From contig JBAYVN010000003.1 of the NCBI GenBank assembly GCA_041674525.1, forward strand, positions 202 through 64,201: a stretch of 64,000 nt of DNA, in the 5' to 3' direction. Positions 62,033 through 64,000 of this stretch are shown piece after piece. The stretch is from Dehalococcoidia bacterium (GTDB lineage: Bacteria > Chloroflexota > Dehalococcoidia > UBA2979). How positions within the stretch are numbered: the stretch's first letter is position 1; each line of letters starts with the position of its first letter. The position numbers and the translations under genes were made by a program. The notes beneath the pieces are model-generated. The model had not been told where the DNA came from. It did not search any database and was given only the letters and a program-made list of their open reading frames with translations.

Positions 62033-62752
62033 CTAGCCGCGTCGCTCCCGCGTCGCCGTGCGCGCTCGAACGCTCGCCGCGAGCACCGCGCCCAGCGCGA
62101 GGAACGCCAGCACCGTGCCCCCCACGCCGCCCTCGCGTGCGCCGATGCCGCCGCTGCCGGTGGCTGCCGGGCGCGGCGGCGTGGCCGGAGGGGGCGTGGG
62201 CGTCGGCGTGCTCGCGGACGGGGTGGTCGCGACGAGCGTCAGCGCGCCACCCAGCAGCGCGTACGCGCGCACCTGCGCCGCGGTCGGGCAGCACTGCGGG
62301 TCGCCCGGCGCGTGCGCGACCATCGACACCATGATCTGCCCCGCCGAGTCGATGCTGATGGCGTTGAGGACGATGCGATCGCCGAGCGACGTGTGCGCGA
62401 TCGGCTTCGCGCTGGAGTCCATCGCGTACAGCTCGAAGAAGGTTCCGCTGCCTCCCCCGCTCGAGGCGAGGACCACCGCGGCGCCGGGCTGACCCGCGAT
62501 CGCGCCGTTGGCGACCGCCTGCAGGCTGACAGTGATCTTGCTTGCCGACCCCGGCGCCGCCGGAGCCTCGAACCGTCCCGCGACCAGGGTTGCGCTGCCG
62601 CCGGGCGCCAGGTCCGCGGGGTAGGTGGCGGCCTCCAGCTGCGCGCGCGTCGGGGTCGGCTGCTGCGCCATCGCGGGTGAAGGCTGGAAGGTCAGCAGCG
62701 TGGCGAGCACCGCCAGGACGGCGGCGCGGAGCAGTCGTCCGTGGTGCTGCAT
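62033..62752 (-). CDS. secreted protein with C-terminal TM anchor and basic tail
   Basis: 239-aa ORF. Signal peptide (LRAAVLAVLATLLTFQPSPAMAQQ), a Thr/Pro linker, then PAATGSGG...GGTVLAFLALGAVLAASVRARTATRERRG. Confidence 0.5.
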   Translation of the reverse strand: MQHHGRLLRAAVLAVLATLLTFQPSPAMAQQPTPTRAQLEAATYPADLAPGGSATLVAGRFEAPAAPGSASKITVSLQAVANGAIAGQPGAAVVLASSGGGSGTFFELYAMDSSAKPIAHTSLGDRIVLNAISIDSAGQIMVSMVAHAPGDPQCCPTAAQVRAYALLGGALTLVATTPSASTPTPTPPPATPPRPAATGSGGIGAREGGVGGTVLAFLALGAVLAASVRARTATRERRG

Positions 62753-62930
62753 GGCGGATTTCCTCGCTCTTCGAAATTTGTTTGGGCTTCCCCTGCAATA
62801 CTAGGTGCATTTCAACCACGTGCGCGGCTCATCGCCACGAATGCCGATTGAGCACGACGGCGGGCGCCCCTATGGTGATCGCGGTGGCTCGCGGCCCCGT
62901 CCGTGAGGTGTACTCCGGAGAAGAGCGGTC

Positions 62931-64000
62931 ATGTCCGACCAGATCACAGAGAAGCCCGCGAAGGTGGAACGCCCGGTCGTGGACCGCAAGGCACGACTCG
63001 CAGCTCCCTCGCACCGTCCATCCAAGCAGAAGCCAGACGCACGGATCGGCAACTGGGACGAGGTCACGTACCTCTTCGATCCCGACATCGCGAAGCTCGA
63101 AGCGGCGCGTTGCATCCAGTGCCCGGCGGCTCCCTGCCAGAAGGCCTGCCCCATCCACAACGACATCCCGCGCGCCTTCTGGCTGCTGGAGAACGGTGAC
63201 TTCGGCTCGGCGGCGAACGTCTTCCGCGAGACCAGCGAGCTGCCCGAGATGTGCGGACGCCTCTGCCCGCAGGAGCGTCTGTGCGAGGGCCACTGCGTGG
63301 TGGGCAAGAACGCCCTGCCGGTGGCCATCGGCAAGCTCGAGCAGTTCACCACGGAGTGGCAGCGCGCCAACGGCGGCGAGCCGAAGCCCGCGGTCGCTCC
63401 GCCCACGGGCAAGCGCGTGGCTGTGATCGGCGCCGGGCCGGCGGGCATCGCCGTCGCCGAGCGCCTCTCGCGCCAGGGGCACGGCGTGGTGATCTACGAC
63501 GCGTGGCCGCACACCGGCGGCGTCCTGCGCTACGGCATCCCCACGTTCAAGCTGAACAAGCCGTCCATCGACCGCAAGTTCTGCGACCTCGAACGCCTCG
63601 GCGTGCGCATGGCCATGGGCACCCGCGTCGGCGAGGACATCGACTGGGCGACGCTCCGTTCCGAGTTCGACGCGATCTTCGTCGGCATCGGCGCGCAGAC
63701 CGGCACGCGGCTCGGCATCCCCGGCGAGGACGCGCCGCAGGTGCTCACCGCGACCGACTTCCTCGTGCGCACCAACCTCACCCCGGACGACCTGCCCCAG
63801 GCCATGCGTGAGCCGCTGGGCCGGCCCCACCGCGTGATCGTCGTTGGCGGCGGTGACACGTCCATGGACTGCGTGCGCTCCGCACGCCGGCTGGGAGCGG
63901 AAGAGGTCACCCTGGTCTACCGCCGCACGGAGGCGGAGATGCAGGGCCGCGTCGAGGAGCGCACCAACGCTGTGGAAGAGGGCGTGAAGTTCGAGTACCT
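62931..64000 (+). CDS. gltD: glutamate synthase small subunit-like NADPH-dependent oxidoreductase (GltD family), 5' part; runs off the right edge
   Basis: Not in the ORF track (no stop in the window). My translation from ATG 62931 gives CIQCPAAPCQKACP, CGRLCPQERLCEGHC (two Fe-S Cys clusters), VAVIGAGPAGIA, GGVLRYGIPTFKL and VVGGGDTSMDC. Confidence 0.85.
   Translation, partial: MSDQITEKPAKVERPVVDRKARLAAPSHRPSKQKPDARIGNWDEVTYLFDPDIAKLEAARCIQCPAAPCQKACPIHNDIPRAFWLLENGDFGSAANVFRETSELPEMCGRLCPQERLCEGHCVVGKNALPVAIGKLEQFTTEWQRANGGEPKPAVAPPTGKRVAVIGAGPAGIAVAERLSRQGHGVVIYDAWPHTGGVLRYGIPTFKLNKPSIDRKFCDLERLGVRMAMGTRVGEDIDWATLRSEFDAIFVGIGAQTGTRLGIPGEDAPQVLTATDFLVRTNLTPDDLPQAMREPLGRPHRVIVVGGGDTSMDCVRSARRLGAEEVTLVYRRTEAEMQGRVEERTNAVEEGVKFEY

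Overview
Densely coded, very high-GC bacterial chromosomal segment (hand counts of typical 60-nt lines give about 67-77 % G+C). GTG/TTG starts and 4-nt GTGA/ATGA stop-start overlaps are frequent. I recognise about 60 protein genes and no rRNA, tRNA, CRISPR array, transposase or integrase.

Content, left to right:
- aceE (5' part, runs off the left edge), lipB-lipA, a CoA-disulfide-reductase-like flavoprotein, a VOC enzyme, and small and membrane hypotheticals (an RDD protein, an HExxH protein).
- A class A PBP translationally coupled to a SAM methyltransferase, then gatCA, citrate synthase, trpS, argS, DedA and a TfoX-like protein.
- A low-GC islet carrying an 82-aa unknown ORF and a Dcd-fold dCTP deaminase.
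- recG-degV-yloV opposite rpmB.
- An arginine operon (argJ-argB-[UPF0182]-argD-[sensor kinase]-argG-argH-rpe).
- GNAT, nth, selD, a CIRCE-controlled groEL without groES, and HDOD-sodX-sodN (Ni-SOD).
- A lone nuoB, nifS/sufR/iscA-type Fe-S genes, EVE, PspC, DinB, GNAT and DUF255-thioredoxin proteins.
- An ECF sigma/anti-sigma pair, an AI-2E transporter, zur plus a ZnuABC-like transporter, a secreted protein, and the start of a gltD-like gene (runs off the right edge).

The synteny mixes Firmicutes-like features (rpmB / yloV-degV-recG, CIRCE) with Actinobacteria-like ones (NiSOD/SodX, UPF0182, RskA-type anti-sigma). This suggests a high-GC Chloroflexota or deep Actinomycetota lineage, but that is only a guess.

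Most of the window is core housekeeping. The best candidate for something undescribed is the roughly 0.95 kb low-GC two-gene cassette at 20244-21196. Secondary leads:
- a ~50-nt structured repeat bracketing trpS, next to a ~490-nt non-coding gap;
- UPF0182 and an orphan histidine kinase embedded in the arg operon;
- an orphan selD;
- an orphan nuoB.

All calls come from reading translations and motifs by eye. No database search was run.
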